From sequence record DRR723986_1305: 40,821 nucleotides of DNA. One strand, given 5' to 3'. Below, piece by piece: positions 21,116-30,698 of this stretch (its first letter is position 1; every line of letters begins with the position of its first letter). The notes beneath the pieces were generated by a model, which saw nothing but the letters and a program-made list of their open reading frames with translations, had not been told where the DNA came from and did not search any database. Position numbers and translations under genes: made by a program.

Positions 21116-21873
21116 CAGTGATCTGCCTCCAGGGCGGCGCCCAAATAGGCCTCTTGCACGCGGGCGTTGGCGCGCACATCGGCGGGTTTGCCAGTTGCGA
21201 TGATTTCGCCGTAAACCAACACAGAAATACGATCAGCCAGGCCAAAAACCACGCCCATATCGTGTTCGACCATGACCAGCGTTTTGCCTTCGGTCACGGT
21301 GCGGATCAATTCCACGATATAATCGGTTTCCGAATGGCTCATCCCGGCTGTGGGTTCATCCAGCATGATCACATCGGCGCCACCGGCGATGGTGATGCCA
21401 ATTTCCAGCGCGCGTTGCTCGGCATATGATAGCACGCCTGCGGGCAGATCGCGCCGCTGCAGCAGGTTGATCTGATCGAGTATCGCCTCGGCGCCTTCGG
21501 TCAATTCGCGCGAGCGGCTGACCATGTTCCAGAACGAATAGCGATACCCTTGCGCCCATAAAAGCGCGCAGCGCACGTTTTCAAACACCGACATTTTCGG
21601 GAAAATATTGGTGATCTGAAACGACCGCGACAGCCCAAGGCGGTTGATCTGATAGGGCGCAAGCCCCTGCAGATTGCGCCCATGCAGGCTGACACTGCCC
21701 GATGTGGGCGGAAAGCGTGCGGTGATCAGGTTAAAAAGCGTCGATTTACCCGCCCCGTTGGGCCCGATGATGGCATGGCGTTCGCCACGCCCTATCGATA
21801 AATCTATGCCGCGGATAATTTCGGTTTGGCCAAAGCTTTTGCGCAGGCCCTGAATATCGAGTGCCGCTGTCAT
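21115..21873 (-). CDS. livG: HAAT-family ABC ATP-binding subunit (LivG-like)
   Basis: GPNGAGKST, SRSFQI, LDEPTAG, VEHDM, AYLG. Confidence 0.9.
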   Translation of the reverse strand: MTAALDIQGLRKSFGQTEIIRGIDLSIGRGERHAIIGPNGAGKSTLFNLITARFPPTSGSVSLHGRNLQGLAPYQINRLGLSRSFQITNIFPKMSVFENVRCALLWAQGYRYSFWNMVSRSRELTEGAEAILDQINLLQRRDLPAGVLSYAEQRALEIGITIAGGADVIMLDEPTAGMSHSETDYIVELIRTVTEGKTLVMVEHDMGVVFGLADRISVLVYGEIIATGKPADVRANARVQEAYLGAALEADH

Positions 21874-23150
21874 GTGTCTGCCCCATCAGGTGTGTTTGCC
21901 TTGTGCCACGCCTCCATCAGCTGTGGCGCATTTTTACGTGCCAGCCAAAAGCCAAGCGCCGCCATCAGGGCAAAAACCACCCAAGGCCAGATCTCGGTAT
22001 GCTGGAACGTCACCCAAAACAGCGTCATCTCGGTTTCGCCGATGGCGGCGTGACGGGCGTGAAACAGCACCTCGATCAGGCCCGACAGGCCCAGAATGCA
22101 CACGATCGCCGGCACCAGGGTGACAATATAGGGCATCACCAACAGCCGCCATTTGCCCAGTTTAATGGGCACGATATGCATCTGCATCACGCCAGCCAGG
22201 CCGCTGGGGAAAAACATCACCGTCGCCACAAACAAGGCGCCCACGTAAAGCGACCAGATCTCGGTTTCCAGGCTAAGCACGGTTTGCAACAGGGTAAAGA
22301 CGATGGCGCCCACAACGGGGCCGAAAAACACCCCTACCCCGCCCAAAAACGTCACCAGCAAGATCGAGCCCGAGGTGGTAAGGTTCAGGTTTTCTTCGGT
22401 CAGAATTTCATAGTTGATCGCAAAGAGCCCCCCCGCGATACCAGCGAAAAACCCGGCTGCCACGAAAGAATTGTAGCGCACCCAGCGCGAGGAATAGCCC
22501 AAAAACTCGGCCCGCTCGGGGTTGTCGCGCACCGCATTGGCCATGCGCCCGATGGGCGTGCGCGAGAACAGATACATCAGCAGCGCCGAGATCAGCAGCC
22601 ATGCGGCTGTCAGGTAATACACCTCGATTTGGCTCAGAAATTCGACCCCAAAGAAGGGCAAGCCATAGGTGCGATCGCCCGATACCCCCTCTTCACCGCC
22701 AAAAAACACCACGATGATCACCGAACACGCCGCGATCAATTCCCCCACCCCAAGCGAGATCATGGCAAACACCGTGCCGGCCTTGCGGGTGGAAAAATAC
22801 CCCACCAGGCTGGCCAGGATCATGCCGAAAATGCCGCCCAAAAGTGGCAGAAAGGGCAAGGGAATGCTGCCGAAAATATCCCAGTTCATCACATGCACGC
22901 AGACAAAACCGCCCACGCCCATATACACCGCATGACCAAATGACAGCATGCCCCCCTGGCCCAGCAGCATGTTATAGCTCAGCGCAAAGACAATGGTGAT
23001 GGCCATCTGGTTCATGATGGTGATGGCGCTGTTGGATTGAAAGATGAACGGCATCAGCACCAGCATCACCGCCGATACGATCCAGGGCATCGCAGTTTTC
23101 ATCGATACACCGCCCTCGAGGCGGGTTTGCGTTTTATCTAAACTTTGCAT
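21870..23150 (-). CDS. livM: HAAT-family ABC permease (LivM-like)
   Basis: LLGQGGMLSFGHA, AVRDNPERAEFLGY, LGGVGVFFGP. Start placed at ATG 23150. Confidence 0.88.
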   Translation of the reverse strand: MQSLDKTQTRLEGGVSMKTAMPWIVSAVMLVLMPFIFQSNSAITIMNQMAITIVFALSYNMLLGQGGMLSFGHAVYMGVGGFVCVHVMNWDIFGSIPLPFLPLLGGIFGMILASLVGYFSTRKAGTVFAMISLGVGELIAACSVIIVVFFGGEEGVSGDRTYGLPFFGVEFLSQIEVYYLTAAWLLISALLMYLFSRTPIGRMANAVRDNPERAEFLGYSSRWVRYNSFVAAGFFAGIAGGLFAINYEILTEENLNLTTSGSILLVTFLGGVGVFFGPVVGAIVFTLLQTVLSLETEIWSLYVGALFVATVMFFPSGLAGVMQMHIVPIKLGKWRLLVMPYIVTLVPAIVCILGLSGLIEVLFHARHAAIGETEMTLFWVTFQHTEIWPWVVFALMAALGFWLARKNAPQLMEAWHKANTPDGADT

Positions 23151-24106
23151 CAGACGTCCCGCTTTCCAAACAAACCGTAGGGGCGGAAGACAAGGATCAG
23201 GATCATCAGCAGATAGGGCAGAATATCGGCAATCTGCGGTGATGTCAGCGTCCATAGGTCGGCCCAGGCGCTATCCCAAATCGGCTCGGGCTTGGTAAAG
23301 CCAAGGCTGGTTAGAATGTCTTCCATGCGAATGTTGTAGGCTTTGGCAAATGTGGTCAGCCAGCCAATGATCAGCGCCGCCACAAGCGCGCCGCCCAAAC
23401 TGCCCAAACCACCAATCACGATCGTCACAAACACGATAGAGCCCAGCACAAAGGCCATGCCCGGGAAGGTAGATAAAACCGGCCCGGCAATAACACCCGC
23501 CACGCCCGCCAGCGCCGTGCCCACGCCAAACACACCCATAAAGACCAAGGGCACATTGTGGCCCAGCGCCTCGACCGTGCGCGGATAGCTCAGTGCTGCC
23601 TGAATGATCATGCCCACCCGGGTGCGCGTCATCACAAAGAGCAGCCCCGCAAAAATGCCCAGCGACAGGAAGATCATGAACACTTTGTAGGCCGGGATAT
23701 CATAGCTGGAAATCGAAAAGGCAGCGCCTTCCAGGATTTCAGGAATTTGATAGGGGATCTGATCGTTGCCCCAGATGAATTTCACCAATTCCTCGATCAG
23801 CAGCGCCAGCCCAAAGGTGAAAATCAGCTCGGGCACATGGCCGTATTGATGCACGCGGCGCAGGCCATACCGCTCGACCGCGGCGCCCACGATGCCCACC
23901 AGCGGCGGCGCAATCAACAGGCCCATCCAAAAGCCCAGATATGTGCTGATCTGATAGGCGAAATAGGCGCCCAACATGTAAAAGCTGGCATGGGCAAAGT
24001 TCAACACGCCCATCATCGAGAAAATAAGTGTCAGGCCCGCAGACAGCATAAACAGCAGCAGTCCCGTGACCAAACCGTCGATAAGGTTCACCAGTATGAG
24101 GTCCAT
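23150..24106 (-). CDS. livH: HAAT-family ABC permease (LivH-like)
   Basis: GLTLIFSMMGVLNFAH, IGGLGSLGG, RPYGLFG. Confidence 0.9.
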   Translation of the reverse strand: MDLILVNLIDGLVTGLLLFMLSAGLTLIFSMMGVLNFAHASFYMLGAYFAYQISTYLGFWMGLLIAPPLVGIVGAAVERYGLRRVHQYGHVPELIFTFGLALLIEELVKFIWGNDQIPYQIPEILEGAAFSISSYDIPAYKVFMIFLSLGIFAGLLFVMTRTRVGMIIQAALSYPRTVEALGHNVPLVFMGVFGVGTALAGVAGVIAGPVLSTFPGMAFVLGSIVFVTIVIGGLGSLGGALVAALIIGWLTTFAKAYNIRMEDILTSLGFTKPEPIWDSAWADLWTLTSPQIADILPYLLMILILVFRPYGLFGKRDV

Positions 24107-24150
24107 GCCCCACTCCCCCCTGTTTTCAGGTCATTTTATTGGCAAGTTGG

Positions 24151-24178
24151 CCCCCGCGCAGACGCATCTGCGCAGGGG
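24151..24178 (-). terminator. Stem-loop after the binding-protein gene
   Basis: gcgcaga-cgca-tctgcgc core flanked by cccc/gggg. Confidence 0.55.
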
Positions 24179-24192
24179 TAGGAAACGCAGCC

Positions 24193-25437
24193 TTAGGGGC
24201 GTTTCATCTTGCAGGTGGTCGGCGCATCGGCCGAGGCCATGGCGACCGAGCTTTCGACAACCATGCCATAGCCCGAATTGTCGTAGTCAAACTGCACGCC
24301 TTCGTTTGTGTGGGCAAAGATGTGCACGTCTTGAATGGCCTGGTGGTCTTGCGGGCGCATCATGATCTTGCCACCCCACAGGCTGTCATGCTCCATGCCT
24401 TCCAGCGCATTGGCCACAGCCACCACATCGGTGGCACTGCCGGCATCGTTGATGGCGCGGGCCAGCATTTCGATCACATTGGTGATACGCGCCTGGCTGA
24501 CGTTGCCATCAGGGTATTTGGCTTTGAACGCTTTCACATATTCTGCCGCGCGATCCGATGCGATGGGGTTCAACGGCCCCTCGGATACCAGGCGAAGCGA
24601 GCCTTTGCCGGTTTCGCCAAAGGCCGCGGTAATGCCGTCGGCGGCAGCGTAATAGGTGTAGATCGGGCCTTTAAACCCGTTCTCGATCACCGATTTGCCA
24701 AGGTTCAACATGTCCGAGCCCCAGTTGCCGGTAATCACCGCATCTGCGCCCGAGGCCACGATTTTGCGCGCATAGGGCGTGAAATCTTTCACTTTGCCAA
24801 TGGGGTGCAATTCGTTGCCGACAATCTCGATATCGGGGCGTTTGGCGCCCAAAAAGTTCACCGCAGCTGCAGCCACGGCTTTGCCAAAGCTGTAATCTTG
24901 GCCAATGATATACACTTTTTTGATGCTATCATCGGCGGCCATCACATCGGTCAGCGCATCCATCTTGATATCGGCATTGGCATCGAAACGGAAATGCCAG
25001 AAATTGCATTTCTCGTTGGTCAGCGCCGGGTCAACGGCCGAATAGTTCAAAAACAGCACGCGGCTGTCGGGGTTGCGGCGGTTATGCTTGTCGATCGCCT
25101 CGGTCAGCGCGTTGGCCACGCCCGAGCTGTTGCCCTGCGCCACATAGCGAATGCCCTGATCGATGGCCACTTGCAGCTGGATCAGCGATTCTTTCGGGCT
25201 GATCTTGTTGTCAAAACCCACAATCTCGAATTTCTGCCCACCCAGAACGCCGCCATTGGCATTCACCAGCGTTTCGGCTGCGAATTCATACTGATGCAGG
25301 CCGTTGGTGCCCGTCGAGGCGAAAGGCCCAGACAGCGGATCGATAAAGGCAATCTTCACATTTTCTGCAAAAGCCGCAGAGGCCATAACAGCAAGCGACA
25401 AGGCGGCAACAGCACCGCGTTTAACGATGGTTCTCAT
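24193..25437 (-). CDS. HAAT-family periplasmic binding protein (LivK-like; substrate uncertain)
   Basis: Signal peptide ending AFA, KIAFIDPLSGPFA, DFTPY; first gene of the liv-type operon. Confidence 0.9.
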   Translation of the reverse strand: MRTIVKRGAVAALSLAVMASAAFAENVKIAFIDPLSGPFASTGTNGLHQYEFAAETLVNANGGVLGGQKFEIVGFDNKISPKESLIQLQVAIDQGIRYVAQGNSSGVANALTEAIDKHNRRNPDSRVLFLNYSAVDPALTNEKCNFWHFRFDANADIKMDALTDVMAADDSIKKVYIIGQDYSFGKAVAAAAVNFLGAKRPDIEIVGNELHPIGKVKDFTPYARKIVASGADAVITGNWGSDMLNLGKSVIENGFKGPIYTYYAAADGITAAFGETGKGSLRLVSEGPLNPIASDRAAEYVKAFKAKYPDGNVSQARITNVIEMLARAINDAGSATDVVAVANALEGMEHDSLWGGKIMMRPQDHQAIQDVHIFAHTNEGVQFDYDNSGYGMVVESSVAMASADAPTTCKMKRP

Positions 25438-25941
25438 TCTTTCCCTCCCAAGATCAGCCCTGCAAATTCATTTGTGATTTCAACGCAGGTCGATATCAAA
25501 AGCCTTGCACAGGCTGACCATAAGTCAAGCATTAGCCACGCCTTTGCAGGCCCCCGATTGGCCAGATCGTGCGCCAGGGGCGGGCGGAAATGGCCGGGCA
25601 TCTGGGTGACGCGGCGTGTGATTTGCCGCATTGCAGAATTCTATTCCATAAATTTAATGCGGCGCGATTTATGTGGTTTTACACGCCAAACAGTGCTGCA
25701 AAATCGCCTTGTAGGGCGCCCGTATCGGCCCTGATTTTGCAGCTGCAAAAAACCCGATCAGGGCGCAGAACGGGCCCAGTGCACGCGGCAAAGTTTTTCT
25801 GTGTGACGTAGCGGCGCAACAAAAACACATTCTGCATAGCGGAATTTTTTGCCGCATCTTTGCCGAAAATCCCTGCCCGCGCCCAACCGACAGAATCAAC
25901 ACCGCAATCTGCGCCCAAACAGCCGGCCCGTGCTGTGCCGT

Positions 25942-26355
25942 TCAGGCCCCCGGCTCCCCTTCTCCCAGGTAGTCCGCATCGCTGACATGGGCCCCCCAAT
26001 CGGCCACCTGCCCATTTAACGCCTCTTGAATGGCGATATGGGTCATCGGGCTATCGGGGGCGGCGCCGTGCCAATGCAGGCAACCCGGCGGGATCCATAC
26101 CGTATCGCCCGCCGCAATCCGTTGCACGGGCGCATCGCCCCACCCCACCAGCCCAACCCCATCGGTGACATACAAGGTTTGGCCCAAGGGGTGTGTATGC
26201 CAGGCGGTGCGCGCGCCCGGCGCAAAGGCCACTTTCAGCGCCCGCACCCGCGCAGGCGCTGGCGCCTCGACAATCGGGGTTTGCCAAACGGTGCCGGTAA
26301 AATACTCGGCCGAGGCCAATTTGCTGGGGCGCGCGCCCGCCTTGAAAATATCCAT
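25942..26355 (-). CDS. Cupin domain protein
   Basis: YFTGTVW, FAPGARTAWHTHPLGQTL, HWHGA. Start placed at ATG 26355. Confidence 0.9.
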   Translation of the reverse strand: MDIFKAGARPSKLASAEYFTGTVWQTPIVEAPAPARVRALKVAFAPGARTAWHTHPLGQTLYVTDGVGLVGWGDAPVQRIAAGDTVWIPPGCLHWHGAAPDSPMTHIAIQEALNGQVADWGAHVSDADYLGEGEPGA

Positions 26356-26487
26356 GCCAGTGCCCTCTCCAGTGCCCTTTTGCTGCATCTGCCCCAAAAC
26401 CTAGCGCAGCCGTGCACAGGTGCAAATGCCAATAGGCTGGCCAAGCCGCCATTGCCCGCGCTATATTTGCCCACAGAAAGAGGCCCC

Positions 26488-27471
26488 ATGCACCCCCACC
26501 AAGAAACCCAGCACAGCCCGGCTAAATCAGTGCTTCTTTTGGGGGCAACGGGCACGATTGGCCAGGCGGTGTTGCACCAGCTTTTGGCCGAAGGCCACCG
26601 CGTCACATGCCCGCTGCGCAGCCTTGCGCCAGATACCGGGGCTTTTGCCCAACCGGGCGTAACAGCCCACCCACAGGCGCAGCCCGTGCAGGTGGCCAAA
26701 GCCGCGCCATATGATGCGGTGATCAGCTGCCTGGCCTCGCGCACCGGCACCCCAACCGATGCTTGGGCTGTGGATTATGCCACCAATCTGGCCTATCTTG
26801 AGGCGCTGCAACAGGCAGGCCAAGCCCCTCATTTCATTTTGCTTTCCGCGATCTGCGTTCAGCGCCCCGAACTGGCCTTTCAGCAGGCGAAACTGGCGTT
26901 TGAGGCAAAACTGCAAACCGCAGGCCTGCGCTGGTCGGTGGTGCGGCCGACGGCATTTTTCAAATCACTTTCGGGGCAATGGGCACGGGTGCAGGCGGGC
27001 AAGCCGTTTTTGGTGTTTGGCACCGGCCAGCTGACCTCCTGCAAACCCATCAGCGATGCCGATCTGGCGCGCTTTATCACCGGCTGTTTGACGCGGGCCG
27101 AACGCTGGAACGCCGTGCTGCCCATTGGCGGGCCCGGCCCGGCAATAACGCCACTGGATCAGGCGCAGGCCTTATCTGATGTATTGGGGCGCAAGGTGGC
27201 TGTGCGCCATGTGCCGGTGGCGATGCTGGATATCATCATTGGCGGGTTGCGGCTGGCCGGTCTGTTTAGCCCAAAGGCGCGGGAAAAGGCGGAATTGGCC
27301 CGCATTGGGCGCTATTACGCCACCCAATCCATGCTGGTTTGGGAGGATCACACGCGCGCCTACAGCGCCCAGGCCACGCCGGAATTTGGCACAGAAACGC
27401 TGGCTGATCACTATGCCAAGCTGGGCCAGGGCACAGCGCAGGTAGATTTGGGCGCGCATGCCGTGTTTTAG
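26488..27471 (+). CDS. bciA: Divinyl (proto)chlorophyllide 8-vinyl reductase, BciA-like atypical SDR
   Basis: GATGTIG, SCLASRTG, AVDY, LLSAICVQRPELAFQQAKLAFE, VRPTAFFKSL, CKPIS, IGRYYATQSML match recalled BciA/plant DVR signatures. Confidence 0.8.
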   Translation: MHPHQETQHSPAKSVLLLGATGTIGQAVLHQLLAEGHRVTCPLRSLAPDTGAFAQPGVTAHPQAQPVQVAKAAPYDAVISCLASRTGTPTDAWAVDYATNLAYLEALQQAGQAPHFILLSAICVQRPELAFQQAKLAFEAKLQTAGLRWSVVRPTAFFKSLSGQWARVQAGKPFLVFGTGQLTSCKPISDADLARFITGCLTRAERWNAVLPIGGPGPAITPLDQAQALSDVLGRKVAVRHVPVAMLDIIIGGLRLAGLFSPKAREKAELARIGRYYATQSMLVWEDHTRAYSAQATPEFGTETLADHYAKLGQGTAQVDLGAHAVF

Positions 27472-27524
27472 CGCGCCCAATGCCATGATCGCCCGCCTTG
27501 CTGGCCCGTCTTTCTACCCTACCT

Positions 27525-28295
27525 TTACAGGGTGATGCCGCCGGCCTCGGCCACGCCCATGAAACTGCGGTTCCAGGTTGGGCTGATCAAGATCTCGTTC
27601 AGGCAGACATGCGGCGGGGCCTCGGCGATATAGCGCACGATGGCGCCCAGATCCTCGGATTTCAGCATGCGCGCCACATCTTCGGGCGATGGGGGCTTGG
27701 GGCGGTGTTTCAAAATTGGCGTGGCCACTTCGCCGGGCATCAGCGCGGTGCAGCGAATACCATTGCGCCCCTCTTCTTGGTTGATCGAATGGCTGAGCGC
27801 CACAACCGCATGTTTCGAGGCGCTATAGGCCGGGCCGGTCAGGCGCGAGGGGTGCCGCCCCGCCCAAGATGAGGTTAAGATCAGCGTGCCCTGCCCCTGC
27901 CTGCGCATGCCGGGCAGAACGGCCAGGATGCCATTCATCACACCATTCAGGTTTACATCGGTGATACGCGCAAAATCGGTCGCGGTGATGGCCCCAACCG
28001 CGCGGTTGGGCACGTTGATGCCGGCATTGGCCATGAAAATATCAATAACACCATGGCGCGCCATCAGATCATCAGCGATGGCTTGCGTGGCCTCGGCATC
28101 GGTCACATCAAGGGCGGCAACCTCGGCCTGCCCCCCCGCTTTGGTGATATCCTCGGCCACGGCCTGCAATTCGGCCAGCCTGCGCCCCGACAGCACCACA
28201 CGCGCGCCCGAAGCCGCTAATGCCTTGGCCGAGGCCTCGCCAATGCCGCCCCCCGCGCCCGTTACCCAAGCCAGCTTTCCGTTGAGTTGCGCCAT
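27525..28295 (-). CDS. SDR oxidoreductase
   Basis: TGAGGGIG, ANAG, YSASK. Start at ATG 28295 with RBS ggagg. Confidence 0.9.
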   Translation of the reverse strand: MAQLNGKLAWVTGAGGGIGEASAKALAASGARVVLSGRRLAELQAVAEDITKAGGQAEVAALDVTDAEATQAIADDLMARHGVIDIFMANAGINVPNRAVGAITATDFARITDVNLNGVMNGILAVLPGMRRQGQGTLILTSSWAGRHPSRLTGPAYSASKHAVVALSHSINQEEGRNGIRCTALMPGEVATPILKHRPKPPSPEDVARMLKSEDLGAIVRYIAEAPPHVCLNEILISPTWNRSFMGVAEAGGITL

Positions 28296-28397
28296 GTTAT
28301 CCCTCCTGTGATGCAGCGGCCTATGGGGGCATTGGGGCATAGCTGCGCGCGCCTGTCTATAGGCGCATAGGTGGGCATGGGCGCTAGGGCCGCAGCG

Positions 28398-29333
28398 TCA
28401 AACCAGCGCCACACCGCCAATGCGGGCCAATTGCCCGGCCTGCACGCAGGCGCTGACATGATCGATAAAGGCGCGCACCGCATTGGCACGATGCACGTTT
28501 TGGGCGGCCAACAGCCCCATGCGCATGGGGCGCAGATCACCCGCCAAGGGCACACAGACCACCGGGTTGCCATCGGGCGAGAGCGGGCTGAGCGGGCGCA
28601 CATTGGCGATCGAATAGCCAAACCCCTGCCCCACCAAAGACCGCATCACCGCCATGTCGCGGGTGCGTTCCGCGATCAGGGGCCGCCCCCCCAGCGCATC
28701 GAAAAACGACAGGAAATAATCGGCACTAAGCGGCAGGTCTAACAACACCATCGGATGGTCTTTCAGATCATCAACCGATACCGTAGCCCGCCCGGCCAGC
28801 GGATGATCTGGCGACAAAAGTGCAAAGGGTGGCAGCTGCAACAGCGGCGTGAATTGCAAATCTGCAGGCAAGCCCAGATCATAGGTCAGCGCCAGGTCAA
28901 TCTCGGACCGGCGCAGGGCGCTGAACAGTTCTACCTGGTTCATCTCGCGTTGGCGCATCTGCACATCGGGGTGGGCCTGCTGAAACCCGCGCCGCAGCCC
29001 CGGCAGCACCAATTGCGCAAATGTCACCAAACACCCCACGGTCAGCGGCCCGCGCACCTGGCCGGAAATATCGCCGGCAATATCGGTCAAACTGCCGGCC
29101 TCGCGCAGCACCACGCGCGCCTGCGCCAGCATCTCGCGCCCTGCCTGCGTCAGTGACAAGCCCTGCGCGTGTTGGCGCACAAACAGGGGCAGGCCGAATT
29201 CTGCCTCAAGCTGGGTGATGGCCGCCGAAATCGACGGCGACGAGACATTGATACGCTCGGCCGCGCGCGCGATGCTGCCCGCCTCGCCCACTGCAACGAA
29301 ATATTCGATTTGCCGTAATGTATATCGCAGCAT
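28398..29333 (-). CDS. LysR-family regulator (HinK-like)
   Basis: TLRQIEYFVAV...SPSISAAITQLE...LFVRQHAQGLSLT helix-turn-helix region. Confidence 0.92.
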   Translation of the reverse strand: MLRYTLRQIEYFVAVGEAGSIARAAERINVSSPSISAAITQLEAEFGLPLFVRQHAQGLSLTQAGREMLAQARVVLREAGSLTDIAGDISGQVRGPLTVGCLVTFAQLVLPGLRRGFQQAHPDVQMRQREMNQVELFSALRRSEIDLALTYDLGLPADLQFTPLLQLPPFALLSPDHPLAGRATVSVDDLKDHPMVLLDLPLSADYFLSFFDALGGRPLIAERTRDMAVMRSLVGQGFGYSIANVRPLSPLSPDGNPVVCVPLAGDLRPMRMGLLAAQNVHRANAVRAFIDHVSACVQAGQLARIGGVALV

Positions 29334-29401
29334 CGCCCGCCCAACCCATCATCTTGGGCCCAAGATGGAACAGCCGCCGCCCCCCTGGCAAGGCCAAAGC
29401 C

Positions 29402-30076
29402 CTAATCGTCGCCGGGCACACCATAAGATGGCGCCGCCGCCGGGTTGAGCGCACGCGCGACGTAATCGTTGATTTGCGGTTTATAAACCTGCCAGGCCGC
29501 CTGCAGCGCAGCGATTGGGCAATCAAGGGTCCAGTCGCAGCGCAGATCGGCCAAGGGCCAACTGTGTTGATCCACCAGCAGCATCCCCGCCGAATGCACC
29601 GGCCCCGCCTCGCCGCCCGCGGCCAAGCCCGCCTGCATGGCCGCTAGCAACCTGTCGCCCAAATGCCCCGATGCGGCCTGAAAGCCTGCCACCATGGCCT
29701 GTGGCACGCCTGCATCGGCCAGCAGATTGCCCCCGGCGGCCACGTTTTCGGCCTGTGCCTCGGCCCAGATGCCCAGCGCATTTGGCCCCGAATGAATGCA
29801 GGTTTCGCCCCGGGCATCCACCATCAGCACCTGCCGATACTGCATATGTTGGGCGCGGCGGCGCAAAATCGCGCGCACCTCGGCGGGGCTGGCGCCCGCC
29901 TGCATCAAGCCCAACGCCCAAGGGCCAAGCCGCGGATCGGTGACATTTTGCGAGGCCACCGCCCCAACGCCTGCCTGCGCATAGGCGCAGCGTGCCGCAA
30001 CCGCGGGCGACGACGAGGAAATGGCCACCCCAAACATGCCGCTTTGCGCACAGCGCGCCACTAGGGAAAATGTCAT
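29402..30076 (-). CDS. DUF1028 (Ntn-hydrolase-like) protein
   Basis: MTFSLVARC, GAVASQN, GNLLA, GGEAGPVHSA, DLRCD. Confidence 0.85.
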   Translation of the reverse strand: MTFSLVARCAQSGMFGVAISSSSPAVAARCAYAQAGVGAVASQNVTDPRLGPWALGLMQAGASPAEVRAILRRRAQHMQYRQVLMVDARGETCIHSGPNALGIWAEAQAENVAAGGNLLADAGVPQAMVAGFQAASGHLGDRLLAAMQAGLAAGGEAGPVHSAGMLLVDQHSWPLADLRCDWTLDCPIAALQAAWQVYKPQINDYVARALNPAAAPSYGVPGDD

Positions 30077-30498
30077 GATGCCTCATCCGGGATCACAGCG
30101 GTGGCATCGATCTCGACCAGCCATTCGGGGCGTGCCAGCGCGCTGACAACCAGCCCGGTGGATACCGGGTGCACACCGCGAATATATTCGCCCATGGTGC
30201 GATACACCGCCTCGCGGTGGCGCACATCGGTGATATAAACCACCACCTTGACCAAATGCTCGATGCGCCCGCCCGCCTCTTCGATCAGCTGCACGATGTT
30301 TTGCATCACCTTATGGGTTTGCTCTGCCGGGTCGTGGCTGTCGATGTTTTTGGCATCATCCAGATTTTGCGGGCATTGCCCACGCATCCAAACGGTGCGC
30401 CCGCCCCGGGTTACAACCGCCTGCGCCAGATCGTTATCGAGCTGTTGTTCGGGATATGTGTCGCGCGTGTTAAACGTGCGAATGCGCTGGTGCGCCAT
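30073..30498 (-). CDS. RidA/YjgF/UK114 family protein
   Basis: HQRIRTFNTRDTYPEQ, PVSTGLVVSALARPEWLVEIDATAV. Confidence 0.9.
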   Translation of the reverse strand: MAHQRIRTFNTRDTYPEQQLDNDLAQAVVTRGGRTVWMRGQCPQNLDDAKNIDSHDPAEQTHKVMQNIVQLIEEAGGRIEHLVKVVVYITDVRHREAVYRTMGEYIRGVHPVSTGLVVSALARPEWLVEIDATAVIPDEAS

Positions 30499-30578
30499 GG
30501 TTTGCCCCTTGAATTGCTGTGCTTTCCCACCATTCCCCAGCCCGCCGCAATGGCCAAGTATAGCTTGCCTTACCTGCA

Positions 30579-30616
30579 CTTAGGGGCGCCCTAAGATAGC
30601 TTAGGGCAAACCCAAG
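30579..30616. promoter_or_regulatory. Pair of LysR-type T-N11-A dyad boxes in the divergent promoter
   Basis: cttaggg-gcg-ccctaag (30579-30595, perfect dyad) and cttaggg-caa-acccaag (30600-30616); starts are 21 bp apart. Confidence 0.65.
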
Positions 30617-30698
30617 CAGCGCTTTGCCAAAACATGGGTTTGGCGCCCTGCCTGCAGCCCCTAAGCTTGGCCAACTGCACCAATCAAGGGGTCGCATC

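Noticed and set aside
24139-25734. 531-aa plus-strand ORF, and similar long antisense ORFs (4700-5800, 13573-14781, 21861-22943, 37690-38820, 586-1257)
   Set aside because: These are shadow ORFs opposite well-supported genes, as expected from GC-rich codon bias, and show no recognisable motifs.
26357-26380. 12-bp near-duplication ccagtgccctct/ccagtgcccttt before the cupin gene
   Set aside because: Two copies only, overlapping the RBS region; no evidence of function.
26026-26487. Long N-terminal extensions given by the ORF track for bciA (and similarly mvaA, the amidinotransferase and the dioxygenase)
   Set aside because: They overlap neighbouring genes or terminators, and downstream ATGs with RBSs match family N-termini.
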